Shown: positions 24,801-35,327, numbered from the stretch's first letter. The stretch is 64,000 bases of DNA from Bryobacterales bacterium (GCA_963422375.2 OY729427.2:1696001-1760000); one strand, 5' to 3'. The notes: generated by a model not told the origin, from the sequence alone. Translations and numbers: made by a program.

Positions 24801-26335
24801 CGCTCCGAGAGGCAGGCGAGCGGGATGTCGATGCCCATTGAGCCGACCGGTTCGGCGCCGGCGGTGGCCATCGGCGCGAGCAGCATGCGCTCGTGCTCCA
24901 TCGTGTACCCGAACGCCCGCTGGCGCTGCACCAGCGAGGCGAAGTCCGTGCGCCGGACCGAGGGCGGCTCGGGCAGGTCCCCGAGGTCGATGAGGTTCCG
25001 GCGCAGCCACTCCCCGTATGCCCTCCGCTTGGAGACAGTCTCCTTGATCTCCTCGTCGCGCACGATGCGGCCTTCCCGCATGTCTACTAGGAACATGCGA
25101 CCGGGCTGCAGGCGCCCCTTCATGCGCACGTTGGCCGGACGTATGTCAGGCAGCACGCCGGTCTCGGACGCCATGACGACCAAGTCGTCGTAGGTCACCG
25201 AGTAGCGGGACGGCCGCAGGCCGTTGCGGTCCAGCGAGCCCCCGACGAATCGCCCGTCGGTGAACACGATGGACGCGGGTCCGTCCCACGGCTCCATCAT
25301 CGTGGCGTGAAATTCGTAGAACTCCTTCTTGTATGCCTGCATGTGCTCGTGGGACGACCACGCCTCGGGGATGAGCATCATGAAGGAGTGGGCGATCGAG
25401 CGGCCCGACTGGATCAGCAGCTCGAGGGCGTTGTCGATCTGGGTCGAGTCCGAGCCGGTCTCGTCGATGATGGGCCGGATCTTATCCACGTCGGAGCCGA
25501 ACAGGTCGCTCCGGAGGGTGGCCTCGCGCGCCCGCATCCAATTCGCGTTGCCGCGCACGGTGTTGATCTCGCCGTTGTGGGCGAGGTAGCGGAACGGCTG
25601 GGCGCGCTCCCACGTGGGAAAGGTGTTGGTCGAGAAGCGCTGGTGGATCAGGGCGACCGCGGACTGGAAGCTCGAATCGCCTAGGTCGGGATAGTAGCCG
25701 AGGATCTGGGGCGCTAGGAGCAGGCCCTTGTAGCACACGGTCTGCGAGGACAGCGTTGCCGGGTAGTACCGCGGAATCTCCCGCTTGCGGGCCTCTCGCT
25801 CCGTGCGCTTGCGAAGGATGTACAGCTTGCGCTCGAACGCGTCGCCGCGCAGCAGCGTCTCGCCGGCCTGCTTGAGGAAGACTTGGTAGATGTGCGGCTC
25901 GCTCTCGCGTGCGAGCCAGCCGATGGCCCGGGAGTTCGTCGGGACCCGCCTCCATGCGAGCACCTCCATGCCCTCGGCCAGCGCCGTCTCCTCGAGCATC
26001 TGCCGGCCCGCTCGGGAGGCCGACTCCTGCGGCGACAGGAAGACCATCCCGACGGCGTAGTCGCCGGCGGGAGGCAGCGAGAAGCCCATCTCCGTGGCTC
26101 GCTGGCGGAAGAACTCGTGGGGGATCTGCAGCAGCAGGCCGGCCCCGTCGCCAGTCTCGGGATCGCAGCCGCATGCGCCCCGATGCGTGAGGTTGACCAG
26201 CACCTCGACGCCTTGCTGGATGATCCTCTGGCTGGGACGGCCTCGGATGTCCGCTACGAATCCGATGCCGCACGCGTCGTGTTCGAAGCGAGGGTCGTAC
26301 AGGCCTTGGCGGGTAGGGAGTCCGTGCTTCGTCAT
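21815..26335 (-). CDS. gltB: glutamate synthase large subunit
   Basis: 1506 aa; EHDACGIG, HQRFSTNT, AHNGEIN, GAMSFG, AQGAKPGEGGQL, CIMMRKCHLNTCP. Confidence 0.98.
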   Translation of the reverse strand: MTKHGLPTRQGLYDPRFEHDACGIGFVADIRGRPSQRIIQQGVEVLVNLTHRGACGCDPETGDGAGLLLQIPHEFFRQRATEMGFSLPPAGDYAVGMVFLSPQESASRAGRQMLEETALAEGMEVLAWRRVPTNSRAIGWLARESEPHIYQVFLKQAGETLLRGDAFERKLYILRKRTEREARKREIPRYYPATLSSQTVCYKGLLLAPQILGYYPDLGDSSFQSAVALIHQRFSTNTFPTWERAQPFRYLAHNGEINTVRGNANWMRAREATLRSDLFGSDVDKIRPIIDETGSDSTQIDNALELLIQSGRSIAHSFMMLIPEAWSSHEHMQAYKKEFYEFHATMMEPWDGPASIVFTDGRFVGGSLDRNGLRPSRYSVTYDDLVVMASETGVLPDIRPANVRMKGRLQPGRMFLVDMREGRIVRDEEIKETVSKRRAYGEWLRRNLIDLGDLPEPPSVRRTDFASLVQRQRAFGYTMEHERMLLAPMATAGAEPVGSMGIDIPLACLSERPQLLFSYFKQLFAQVTNPAIDPIREELVMSTVTYIGPQGNVLGERPDYAHVVKVPLPVIDNVKLEKLRALGPAVRFRSATLPATFPVADGPGGLRKALDRLCREAESAADGGAAVLVLTDRGVDEATAPIPSLLACAAVHHHLIRRAKRSKVGIVVESGEPREVMHFCLLIGYGANAVNAYLAYETLERMHARGELAEASLTVPQAHANFETAIRKGILKVMSKMGISTVQSYHGAQIFEAIGLARQVVDQFFTGTTSQIEGVELETLASEALEKHRYAYLPVAQDITELPVGGEYQYRLRGEQHLLSPDTVAQLQYAARRNHWATYEEYSRAANDLNRQLCTLRGLFDLREAAEPLPLDAVEPASEIVKRFCTGAMSFGSISAEAHETLARAMNRIGGRSNTGEGGEDPARYEDDRRSRIKQVASGRFGVTAHYLANADELQIKIAQGAKPGEGGQLPGHKVDETIAWLRHSTPGVGLISPPPHHDIYSIEDLAQLIFDLKNSNPDANVSVKLVSEVGVGTVAAGVSKGHADLVLISGHDGGTGASPVSSIRHAGTPWELGLSETQQVLVMNDLRGRIRVQVDGKLQTGRDVVIGALLGADEFGFSTMPLIAMGCIMMRKCHLNTCPVGIATQNRELRRKFEGSPEHVVNFFFFVAEEVRQIMARIGFRRFDDMIGKVDRLDVREAVEHYKSKGLDFARVFFDPPVDRAIARYHCETQDHGLERQIDQRLIELCRPALEERTPVEFAYDLRNTDRTAGTMLSHEIAKRYGAAGLAENCIRIHFSGSAGQSFGAWAGKGMTLLVRGDANDYFGKGLSGGRLVISPPPGSTFVFEENIVIGNVALYGATGGEAFVNGMAGERFCIRNSGAQVVVEGVGDHGCEYMTNGCAVILGECGRNFAAGMSGGFAYVLDERGDFVERCMQNANADVEPLVLASDLALVRDLIERHVSYTRSPKGQWVLEHWESMLPRFRKIYPRELKRALRERESRALARA

Positions 26336-27139
26336 GGTCGTTTCTTAGTGCCCAGCGACGGCTCCGTGCCATCCCCGGGACGCCCGCGGACGCCGTGTCG
26401 AAGATCGGAGCGACTAATGGATACGGTGCCGCGCCCCTCTAGGCCGGCTGCGGAACCGCCAAGCGATTATACCAGTTGGCATCGGCCTTGGCGGGCCGAG
26501 CGGGCGCGGGGAGCATGGTCGCAGCCTCGTTCGGGCATCGCTGCGGAAGGCTTGGCGCCGGAGGGCCAGCTGATCGGACCGAGGATGACGCTGCGAGGGC
26601 CGAGCGCGCTTCTTCCCGATCAACACAGGGGATGGACCTGTTCGACGGTGAACCTGTTGCGGCTAACCGGCCACTGCTCTGCGGCGTCTCGGGCCGGGCA
26701 GTTTCGAGGCGGGCCCGAGTTGCCCGCGACCCTGTGGCGGGGCTTCGCTGCTGGTCTCGCGAAGGCGGCAGGATGGGACGTCACGGACGCGTCTCGCTGA
26801 CGAAAGACCACGGACTTGAGAGGTTTGGCTGCCTCTTCGCCTCGCATGCCGACCAAGCGGCGTTCGCGATTATGGGAGGCCATGGGGCAAGGCGGACGCC
26901 GTTGCTCTCCGTTGCGAGGCGTCGCGCCGCGACCGTCGGGAACGGACGCAGGGTGAGACGCCCCCCTCTATCGGTCGCAGGCCCGCGGTGCGTGCCGCCG
27001 ATTCGAGTCCAGACACCGTTTGCCTGTCCACATCGACCTCGCCGGCCGACAGTGTAGTGAGCTGCGGCGCGGCTACCGAGCTCGCGACGGCACGCGTGGC
27101 TGCCCAAGCAACACCGGAGCCGTCCCACCGGCGGCCCGC

Positions 27140-28405
27140 TTCAGCAAGACTCTCCAAGAAATCGCGCCACGTTGCCCCGACCGCGACAGGAACAGACACG
27201 CTCCTCAAGAATCCCCTCCACGGCCTTCCGGCGCATGGCCGGGAGGTGCCGAGGGCGGAATGGAGCTGCTAGCAGGCGGCTTGGGGTGAATCACCCGCAC
27301 CGCCCGCACGATAGCCGGTCCGCGTCCTCGCCCGCCTGCGGCACTACCTCGTGCATCAGGCTGGGCACGGCGTAGCGCTCCAGCAGCAAACCGTAGGACT
27401 CCTGCTCCACCAAGTCCGGGGTCTTGCTGCTCAGCACGATGCGCGCACCTCGCGGAGGCGTCCCGAGAGTGTCCAGCGCCGTCTCGATCTCCCAGCGCTC
27501 GTGGTGCAGAGCGGCCACTTCCAGCGCCGGAGCCGGGTCGGGGTCCGGCATCGTGGTGACCAAGCGGTACAGGCGCCCGCCACGCCCGCCACGCCCGCCA
27601 GCCGTTACTCGATGACGCGTGCGTCGCTCGAACCCGTCGCGCTCAGGTACGAGCCGTCCGGGAGGTGCCGGCGGCGGGGCATGGCCTGCCCCGCCTTGAG
27701 GCGCCACAGCTGGTCGGCTCCCGTAGACCGCGCTAGGCACCACATGGTGCGGTCGAAGAGGCCGCGGCCGGCAAGACAGAGCGTTCCGGGCTCCAGACGG
27801 GCCAGCACTTCGGGCGCCAGAGCTGCTTCGCTCGTTCCGTAAGAGCTCATCCGCGCTCCGAACAGAACGTGTGTGCCCGCCTCCACCAAGGACACCATGC
27901 GCAGCTGCTGGCCCGCGCGGGGCCCCGGCCCGCCCCGCGCTCGCCCGTAGCGCTCCGCGTTGGCGGGATCGCCGGCCACGTCCAGCGTGCTCCCGTCCGG
28001 CCGAACCAGCCGCGACCGCTTGTACCATGCACCGCGAGTCCGCGCCCGGGCCACCGGCCGCACAATCTCGTGGTGCAACGCCTTCAACGGCTCCGGTCCC
28101 AGCCGTCGCCGCGCCTGCGAGATCGCCGAGTCCGTCGGCACCCGGCCCGGGCCTCCCAGCCAGCGGGAACCCCCCAGCAGGCAGCGCAGCACCTCCCGGT
28201 AGGGCGATTGCATGTAGAGCGCCAGCGCGATTACGTAGTACACGACCACCTGCGCGGGCGGGGCCCGCCGGCGCTTTTCGGCCTTGCCTGTCCGCGTCAG
28301 GAATGCGCGGATCCTCGCCCCTGGGAGGGTCCGCGCACGCACGCCCAAACTGATGTAGTCGGTGATGCGCGCGCCTTTCGGCAGCTCCGCTCGAGTACGT
28401 GCAAT
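27140..28405 (-). mobile_element. IS4-family transposase pseudogene
   Basis: ARTRAELPKGARITDYISLGV..VVYYVIALAL..SAISQARRRLG..DGSTLDV..RLVTT..ERWEIET..VEQE.YG; multiple frameshifts. Ends are approximate. Confidence 0.85.
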
Positions 28406-28904
28406 TGTCCACCCCGACGGCACTAGGGTACGGTATGACGAACCCCTCCACGAGGGAGTATTGGGCCCAAGCCGTTGTGGCACAGAGACTTGGAGTTCTA
28501 CGGACAGCCTCGCCAAGGGCGTTGGGTACTTGCCTCGGCGAGGTGGGAATCCGATTCGCGAGGGGCTGGCAGAGGTCGCGAGAGGTTTCCCTGGGTAGAG
28601 CTGCCGCTCGGGACCGGTGACGCAAGCCGGCCGCCGAGCACGCCACAGCGGGCGCCGCTGGGGCAATTCGGGGGGGCGCTCGTCGACACAGACACCCGTC
28701 CCGCAGGAAAGCAGGCACGCAGAATGCAGGGCTTGCGCCGGAATCCGGGGGAATGCGTGACGGATCTAGTGCCAGCCGAGCACGCCTCCTGGCGGGAGAC
28801 AGTGGCGGCGGGCGATATGCACTGCCTGGCGGTGCGGTCCTCTGAAGTACAATAGGCTGGAGAGGGCAGTAGGGTGGCGGTGCCCGGTTCTGCTCTCGCT
28901 TCGT

Positions 28905-28993
28905 GCGCAAGTGGCGGAATTGGCAGACGCGCTAGGTTCAGGTCCTAGTGGGAGTTAAATCCCGTGGAGGTTCAAGTCCTCTCTTGCGCACCA
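28905..28993 (+). tRNA. tRNA-Leu (CAG)
   Basis: GCGCAAGTGGCGGAATTGGCAGACGCG CTAGG TTCAGGT CCTAG, long variable arm, GGTTCAAGTCC, CTTGCGCACCA. Confidence 0.96.
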
Positions 28994-29065
28994 TTCGAGC
29001 TCGGGCGGCCGGCCGTGTGTTGATCGACGCGCGTACCCGGCTGCAGGCACAGTCGCAGCGCACTA

Positions 29066-29392
29066 ATGCCGCAAGACATATCCGCTAGTCAGACAGGTCC
29101 CTCTCGGGACGAGGCCCCGATGCTGCTGGATGCATTGGAGCGGCGGGTCCTGGCGATGGTCGGGGCCCTGCGCGAGGCTCGGGCGGCGCGCTCGAGCGCG
29201 GAAGCCGAGGCCGCCGCGCTGCGGGAGCAGCTGATCGAGCGCGAGGCGGAGATCGCGCAGCTCAAGAAGCGGATTGAGCAGGACGACCTGCGGGCCGTTG
29301 TGAGGGAGCGCGTCCAAAGCCTCCTGCGGCGCGTTGACGAACTGGAACAGGAGGGCCGGTCGCAGTGCCCGCCCGACGGTACATCCAAATAG
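29066..29392 (+). CDS. ZapB-like coiled-coil cell division protein
   Basis: LDALERRV..coiled coil..VRERVQSLL; lies directly upstream of zapA. Confidence 0.6.
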   Translation: MPQDISASQTGPSRDEAPMLLDALERRVLAMVGALREARAARSSAEAEAAALREQLIEREAEIAQLKKRIEQDDLRAVVRERVQSLLRRVDELEQEGRSQCPPDGTSK

Positions 29393-29724
29393 GCATCCAC
29401 GGCCGCACGTACCGGCTGGCCGGTCCGGACCCCGACCGAACGAGGATGATGGCCCGTCAGGTCCACGCCGCGATGACGCGCTTGGAGGACGCGATGCCCG
29501 GCACGGAGGAACTCAAGCTCGCGGTCCTCGCAGCCGTGCATCTGGCCGACGAGCTGTCCTCGTTGCGCGACGAGTACAGGGACTTTCGAGCTTCCGTCGG
29601 GGGATCGGCCGAGCGAATGCTGCGCGCGATCGGCGAGACCGACTCCGAGTCAGACGGTGCCGCCGATGCGAGCCGCGAGGCGCCGGAGGCGTCCGTCGAG
29701 GACAGTCCATCGGAAGCGGCATGA
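29365..29724 (+). CDS. zapA: cell division protein ZapA
   Basis: IQIGIHGRTYRL..ARQVHAAM..KLAVLAAVHLADEL. Confidence 0.8.
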   Translation: MPARRYIQIGIHGRTYRLAGPDPDRTRMMARQVHAAMTRLEDAMPGTEELKLAVLAAVHLADELSSLRDEYRDFRASVGGSAERMLRAIGETDSESDGAADASREAPEASVEDSPSEAA

Positions 29725-29756
29725 AAGCCGCCGTGTCGGTGCCGCTCCCGCGTGCC

Positions 29757-31187
29757 CTAGCGGTTGATGTATCCCAGGCTCTCGAGAATCTCGGCGTCGC
29801 GCCGCGTCATGCGGGACTCGCTCTCGGCGAGATCGGTGGACTCGAACCAGCGCTCGAAGGCCGCGCTCTCGAACTTGTACCGGCGGTCGGCCTTGGAGAG
29901 CACCTCGGAACTGAGTTCGAAGGGATCCTTGGAGAGGTCGTAGAATTCGAAGCGCTCCTCTCCGGGTGTCCATATCGCCTTCATGGACCCTTGGAGCTTG
30001 CCGATCCTGAACGGCAGCCCCGAATTGGGCTTCCACATCCACGAAATCCAGCCCGGGATGAAGCCCTTCTTGCCCTCGAACGACACGAAGCGGATCTGGC
30101 GCTTGGACGGCGGCTCGGTGCCTTGCTTGATCGCCGGGACTTGGCTGCGACCCGCGTAGGAAATCGAGAGCGCGGACTCGTCGCGGAACTCCGGCACGGC
30201 GAGATCCAGCAGCGTGGGTGCCAGGTCAAGGACGGAGACGTTCTGCTCAAGCACCGTGCCGGGCTCGATCCTGCCGGGAAACCGCATGATCCATGGGACG
30301 CGCATCGTGCTTTCGTACAGCCAGCGGCCGTGGCCGACGAAGCCTTGCTCGCCTAGGCCCTCGCCGTGATCGGAGAGCAGCGCGACCAGCGTCCGCTCGC
30401 GAAGGCCCAGCTGGTCGATCCGGTCGAGAACCCTGCCGATGTGTCGGTCCGCATAGCCGATTTCCGAATCGTAACGTCGGATCCGCTCGCGTACTTCCTG
30501 GCTGTACTCCGGCACCCCGGTAGGGGGCTCGGCGACCTCTTCGGGCTCGGCAAATTCATTCCGCAGATTGTAGGGCTCGTGCGGGTCGAAGTAATGGATC
30601 CACAGGAACAGCTTGTCCTTGTCTTTGTTGTCGTCGAGCCACCGGAGGGCGGGCCGGGTGACGTCTTCTGCCCAGCGCATCGAGTGAAACACTTGGTAGG
30701 AGCGCCCGAGATCTTCGTCGTAGACGTCGAAGCTGCGATCCAGCTTGGTGAGCCGGCCCACGAGCGGCCACGCGCTTACGAAGGCGCCCGACTCGTAACC
30801 GAATCGCCGCAGGACCTGCGGCACGGTCAGCCACTTGGACCCGTCCGGCAGCGAGACACCGTTGATTCTCGCGCCGTGCTCCTGCGGGTACCGGCCCGTG
30901 AACATCGAGAAATGCGATGGCCCCGTCATCGGGATCGCCGTGTAGGCCCGGTTGAAGCGGACGCCCTCGTCCGCCAGCCGGTCCATGGCCGGGCTGGTAC
31001 GCAAGTGATACCCGTACGAGGAGAGGTGGTCGGCCCGCAGCGTGTCGACCGTAATCAGCACCACGTGCGGGTGGCGCGAAGCCTGGGCGTCGGCATCGCT
31101 GTCGGGGGCCAGCTGCGCTAAGCACAGGAACAGCGCGCCCACCGAGCCGAGCGCAAGCGTGCCGACTCGCGTCACTCCCTTGCGCAT
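29757..31187 (-). CDS. sulfatase-like hydrolase (TxPSH variant)
   Basis: VVLITVDTLRADHL, MTGPSHFSMFTG, HYFDPHEPY, YDSEI, SDHGE, GHG. Confidence 0.85.
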   Translation of the reverse strand: MRKGVTRVGTLALGSVGALFLCLAQLAPDSDADAQASRHPHVVLITVDTLRADHLSSYGYHLRTSPAMDRLADEGVRFNRAYTAIPMTGPSHFSMFTGRYPQEHGARINGVSLPDGSKWLTVPQVLRRFGYESGAFVSAWPLVGRLTKLDRSFDVYDEDLGRSYQVFHSMRWAEDVTRPALRWLDDNKDKDKLFLWIHYFDPHEPYNLRNEFAEPEEVAEPPTGVPEYSQEVRERIRRYDSEIGYADRHIGRVLDRIDQLGLRERTLVALLSDHGEGLGEQGFVGHGRWLYESTMRVPWIMRFPGRIEPGTVLEQNVSVLDLAPTLLDLAVPEFRDESALSISYAGRSQVPAIKQGTEPPSKRQIRFVSFEGKKGFIPGWISWMWKPNSGLPFRIGKLQGSMKAIWTPGEERFEFYDLSKDPFELSSEVLSKADRRYKFESAAFERWFESTDLAESESRMTRRDAEILESLGYINR

Positions 31188-31204
31188 ACGCCTTGAGTGT
31201 AGCG

Positions 31205-31864
31205 TTACGACTGCCCGCCGGACAACGGGCAACCCGCCATGGCCGCGGTTGGGATTCTCCGCTCGTGCGGACCGCCGACCCCGGCCGAGGCGATGGAGGA
31301 CGCGAACGCTGTTAGCGGGGGGAAGACTCGCTCGAAGTCGGCGCGCAGGCACTCGTAGTGCTCCAGCAGGACACCCGCGCCGGACGCGAGCGGGTTCTCG
31401 CGCCTGCAGCGCCGTGCGATGCCCTGCAGGGCCCGTTCCACGCCCGTGATCTCGGCGTAGCCCACGAGCCAGTTCTCTTGCTGCATCGCGTCGACGGCTC
31501 TCGCAAACCGGGGTACGGGCAGGTTCCTGAATCGCTGGAGGGTCGCGTAGCAGGACTCCGCGAAGCTGGCGAGGCCCGAGCCGTCGCCGTGCCGTTCCCA
31601 GCCCAGGGCCAGGAAGTGATCGAAGTAGACGTCAAGCAGCACGCCTGCGTATCGCCGGTACGGCGGCCGCAGGCGCCTCCGGGCCGTCGCGAACGCGGGG
31701 TGGGCGTCAGCGAAGGCGTCGATTCTCTGGTGGGCGCGGATTCCGGCCTGAATGCCCGGGGCGAGCGAGGAAACGCTCGGAGCCCTGACGAAGTCGGCGA
31801 GGACCTGCCCCACCCGCGCCTCGTCGCTGTTCCCCGCGAGGCGGAGGTGCGCGAGGAAATTCAT
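31205..31864 (-). CDS. ACP phosphodiesterase (AcpH/DUF479 family)
   Basis: MNFLAHL..LADFV..GIRAHQRIDAFADAHP..YAGVLLDVYFDHFLA. Confidence 0.88.
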   Translation of the reverse strand: MNFLAHLRLAGNSDEARVGQVLADFVRAPSVSSLAPGIQAGIRAHQRIDAFADAHPAFATARRRLRPPYRRYAGVLLDVYFDHFLALGWERHGDGSGLASFAESCYATLQRFRNLPVPRFARAVDAMQQENWLVGYAEITGVERALQGIARRCRRENPLASGAGVLLEHYECLRADFERVFPPLTAFASSIASAGVGGPHERRIPTAAMAGCPLSGGQS

Positions 31865-31941
31865 GCAGGCCGAGCGCTGCCGGCGAGGTCCGCGGTGCGC
31901 GGACTTCGCACGGTTGACCTGCTTCCGTAAGGCATCGGGCC

Positions 31942-32886
31942 TCAGGCAGAGGTCAGCCTCGCCTCGATGTCCCGCAGGTACCGGCTGGACGCTCTGGCGA
32001 TCTCTTCCCCGCTCGGCTCGAACTTGAAGACCTCGAGAGACAGCCATCCCGCGTATCCGATGTCCTTGAGCGCCTGCAGCGGAACCGCGAAGTCGTACGA
32101 TCCGGTTCCCGGATGCCTCCCGTCCATTTCGTTGATGTGGACGTGACGGATCAGCGCCGCATGCCGCTTGATCAGCTCGTCGTGAGGATTCTCCTCGGCC
32201 ACCGCGTTGTGAGTGTCGAACATGGTTTGGACGGCGGGGTGGTCGATCTCGCGCACCATGGCGACAGTCTGGTCCATCGAAGTCAGAACGTCGCAGAGGT
32301 GCGGCGCCAGCGTTTCAGGAAGGATCGTCACGCCTCGGTCTTGCGCATGCTGTGCCGCGCCTGCCAGGCCGTCCCGCAGCCGCCGGGTCGCGTCCTCGAC
32401 GGTCGACCCGCCGATCGCGCGGCGCTGCTTTCCCGAGCCGAGGATCATCATCCCGTTGTCGCCCAGATCCGCGCACAGGTCGATCAGCTTGCGGAAGTAC
32501 TCCCAGCTGCGAGCGCGAACCGCGTCGTCGGGCGTCGTGACGTGCAGCTCGCCGCTCGGCACGGTCAGAAGGCTGTGCAGCCCCACGTAGCCCAGGCCCT
32601 CGCCCTCGATGGCGCTCCTGTATTCCTTGCGATCCGGCGGCGGAATCGCCGCCGGATCGCTGGAGAGCGTGAACGGAGCGATCTCGATTCCCGCGTAACC
32701 GGTTTCGATGGCGCCGCTGCACCCGGCTGCGAAGTCCCATCCCTGGAAGGTCTCGTTGCAGATCGCGAGCCGGAACGGCTCCGTCGGATCGGCGCGGGTC
32801 TCGTCGGTCTCGCTGGCGGTCGGGCGCGGAGCGGTGCAGCCGGACGACGCCAGTAGCGCCAGGACCTCCCGTCGGCTGGGTCTCAT
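31942..32886 (-). CDS. sugar phosphate isomerase/epimerase (TIM barrel)
   Basis: LAICNETF, GYAGIEIAP, ILPETL, MFDTHN, HVHINE, WLSLEVF. Confidence 0.88.
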   Translation of the reverse strand: MRPSRREVLALLASSGCTAPRPTASETDETRADPTEPFRLAICNETFQGWDFAAGCSGAIETGYAGIEIAPFTLSSDPAAIPPPDRKEYRSAIEGEGLGYVGLHSLLTVPSGELHVTTPDDAVRARSWEYFRKLIDLCADLGDNGMMILGSGKQRRAIGGSTVEDATRRLRDGLAGAAQHAQDRGVTILPETLAPHLCDVLTSMDQTVAMVREIDHPAVQTMFDTHNAVAEENPHDELIKRHAALIRHVHINEMDGRHPGTGSYDFAVPLQALKDIGYAGWLSLEVFKFEPSGEEIARASSRYLRDIEARLTSA

Positions 32887-33941
32887 AGCTTGAACAGGCG
32901 CTTGGCGTTCCCGCCGAAGATCAGCGCTTGGTCCGCGTCGTCGAGGTCCAGGCTGTGGATGCAGGTCGCGATCACCTTGGGATCCACCCAGGGGTGGTCG
33001 CTCGAGTAGAGCATGCGCTCGGACCCGACGCAGTCGATTCCGTACTGGACAGCCATGGGAATCGGCGAGACCGCATCGAGGTAGATGTTGCGGAGGTACT
33101 CGCTCGGGGGCTTGGCGATGTGCTCGGCCCCGCGCCCGAGCACCTGCGTCTGGTGATCCAGACGTCCGATCAGGTAGGGCAGGGTGCCCCCGACGTGAGG
33201 GCATACGAGCTTGAGATCGGGGAACCTGTCGAGCACTCCCGAGAGAATGAGGCGGGCCAGCGCGATGGTGGTGTCGAACATCAGGCCGAGGCCCGCGACT
33301 AGGTTCCGTCCCACGGTGGCGTTGTAGGTCACCGGATAGGCGGGATGGAGCAGGACGGGCACGTCGAGGCGCTGGACGTGCTCGAACAGCGGGAGGTACC
33401 GGTCCTCGTCGGGAAAGGACCCGTCGAGATTGGAGTACAGCAGCACCCCCTTCATGCCGCGCTCGTTCACGCAGCGGTCGAGTTCCTTCAGCGACGCCTC
33501 GATGTTCTGGAGCGGCAGGACGATCAGTCCGAACAGGCGCTCGGGATACTGCGTGGCTAGGCTGCTGACGTAGTCGTTGACCATCCGGGCGACATGCGGG
33601 CCGTCGTCGCCGAAGAGTTCCGGGCCCGGGTCGTTGATGCTCAGAGCCGTCAGGGCGATGCCTGCCTCGTCCATGTCGGCCAGCTTGGCGTCGATGTCCG
33701 TGTGATGCTCGCGCAGGCGGCGGTGCCACTCGCCGACAACGACGTAGGTGCTCCCGTCTTTGCGGTAAGCGTAGGGCGGGACCGTGCGCTTCTCCATGAA
33801 GGCAACCAGCTCGGGGACGAAGATGTGGCTCTGGCAGTCGATGGTGGGGTGCTTCGGCTTGACGTAGGCACCCGCCGCCACCGCCGTGGATACGGCCGCC
33901 CCTTGGGATTGCAAGAACTGTCTCCTGTTCAGAATGCTCAT
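32883..33941 (-). CDS. amidohydrolase family protein (Amidohydro_2)
   Basis: IDCQSH, LLHP, CPHVGGTLP, YSSDHP; Tat-like NRRQFL leader. Confidence 0.88.
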   Translation of the reverse strand: MSILNRRQFLQSQGAAVSTAVAAGAYVKPKHPTIDCQSHIFVPELVAFMEKRTVPPYAYRKDGSTYVVVGEWHRRLREHHTDIDAKLADMDEAGIALTALSINDPGPELFGDDGPHVARMVNDYVSSLATQYPERLFGLIVLPLQNIEASLKELDRCVNERGMKGVLLYSNLDGSFPDEDRYLPLFEHVQRLDVPVLLHPAYPVTYNATVGRNLVAGLGLMFDTTIALARLILSGVLDRFPDLKLVCPHVGGTLPYLIGRLDHQTQVLGRGAEHIAKPPSEYLRNIYLDAVSPIPMAVQYGIDCVGSERMLYSSDHPWVDPKVIATCIHSLDLDDADQALIFGGNAKRLFKL

Positions 33942-34168
33942 GTCCGGGGGCTGCGATTCTCGCGCCTCCTAGGCTCGCCCCGCCATAGTATGCGCGATCG
34001 CGCGCTTCCGTGTGTCGTTTCGCCGGGGCTCGGCCGCCCGGACGGGGGCGAATCGGTCGGCGAGACGGCTGTGCGGTCCGATGCCTGCCAAGCCCGGTTC
34101 CCGGGGCAGGCGGGCTACCACCGGTTGATCCTTGCTCACTTGACGCTTGCCGCGAAATGAGCAAGGAC

Positions 34169-35327
34169 ATGATCAAGAGGCGACACAAGCGTCTGATCGC
34201 GCGGCAACTCCGTGAAGCACCGGCGGTCGTGCTGTTCGGACCGCGGCAGGTGGGCGAGGCCACTCTCGCCCGCAGCATGGCGACGGAACTTCCGGATTCC
34301 GCGTACCTTGACTTCGAGGCCCAGAGAGATCTGGCCAAGCTGGCGGACCCGGCGCTGTATCTCGATGCCTATCGCTGACGCACCGTGATTCTCGACGAGG
34401 TCCAGCGCATTCCTGACCTGTTTCTCGGTCCTGCTCGGCCAGATTGACGAGCGCTGCCCTCAAGGCAAGCCTAGCGTGCGCCTCCTCCTGCTCGGCTCCG
34501 TGTCCGAGGCGTTGCTCCGGCAATCGGCTGAGTCGCTCGCCGGCCGCGCCGTCTATTGCGAGCTGCCGGGACTCGACGTCTTCGAGCTCGGCGGCCAGAG
34601 CGAGAGACTCTGGATCCCCGACGGATTCCCGGAATCCTTCAATGCCGCCGCCGAATGGGCCAGCGCTCGCTGGCGCCATAGCCTGATCCGCACGTACCTG
34701 GAGCGCGACATCCGGCAGTTCCGGTTCCCGCCGTCAAGCTGCGGCGCTTCTGGACGATGCTCGCCCACCGGGCGGGAGCGCTGCTCAATGCTTCGGACTT
34801 CGCGCAGCCTCGACGTGTCAGCGCCAGCGGCGGCTCGCTACGCTGACCTGCTCGCGGACCTGACGCTGGTGCGCCGTCCGCCCCCGTATTCCGTCAACGT
34901 CGGCAAGCGGCTGGTCAAGGCTCCCAATCTGTAGGCTAGGGACAGCGGAATGCTTCATGAGCTTCCGGTCGTCCGCAGCATGGATGACGTGCTCTCGCAT
35001 CCGGTCGCGGGTCCGAGCTCGGAGGGTTTCGTGATCGAGAACCTCCTAGCCGCGGCCCCCGAGGGCACGGACGCATTCTTCGGTCGGACGAGGGAGGGAG
35101 CGGAGATCGACTTGCTTCTACGGTTGCCCGACCAGGGGCTCTGGGCGATCGAAGTCAAGCGAAGCTCGGCGCCGCGACTCCGCAATGGATTCCGACTGGC
35201 CGTCGTGGATGTGAGACCGGCGAAGCAGTTCGCCGTGCATTCGGGGGAAGGTGAGTTTCCCCTTGCCCAGGCGACTACCGCAGTGTTACTCACTCGGCTC
35301 ATCTCCCGGCTCCTTCGAATGCGCTAG
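34169..35327 (+). pseudogene. AAA_14/DUF4143 ATP-binding protein pseudogene
   Basis: GPRQVGEAT (Walker A Lys lost), ILDEVQR, LLLGS, ESLAGR, YLERDI, KRLVKAP, EGFVIENL, EIDLL, AIEVKRS; several stops and frameshifts. Confidence 0.88.

Noticed and set aside
21711..25010. 1099-aa and other long overlapping Arg/Ala/Pro-rich ORFs
   Set aside because: These are shadow frames of real genes in GC-rich DNA, with no motifs.
26400..27140. Possible ncRNA or gene upstream of gltB
   Set aside because: There is no recognisable motif, stable repeat structure or convincing ORF, so it is left unassigned.
29724..29760. 6S RNA expected after zapA
   Set aside because: Only about 30 bp separate zapA from the convergent gene, leaving no room.
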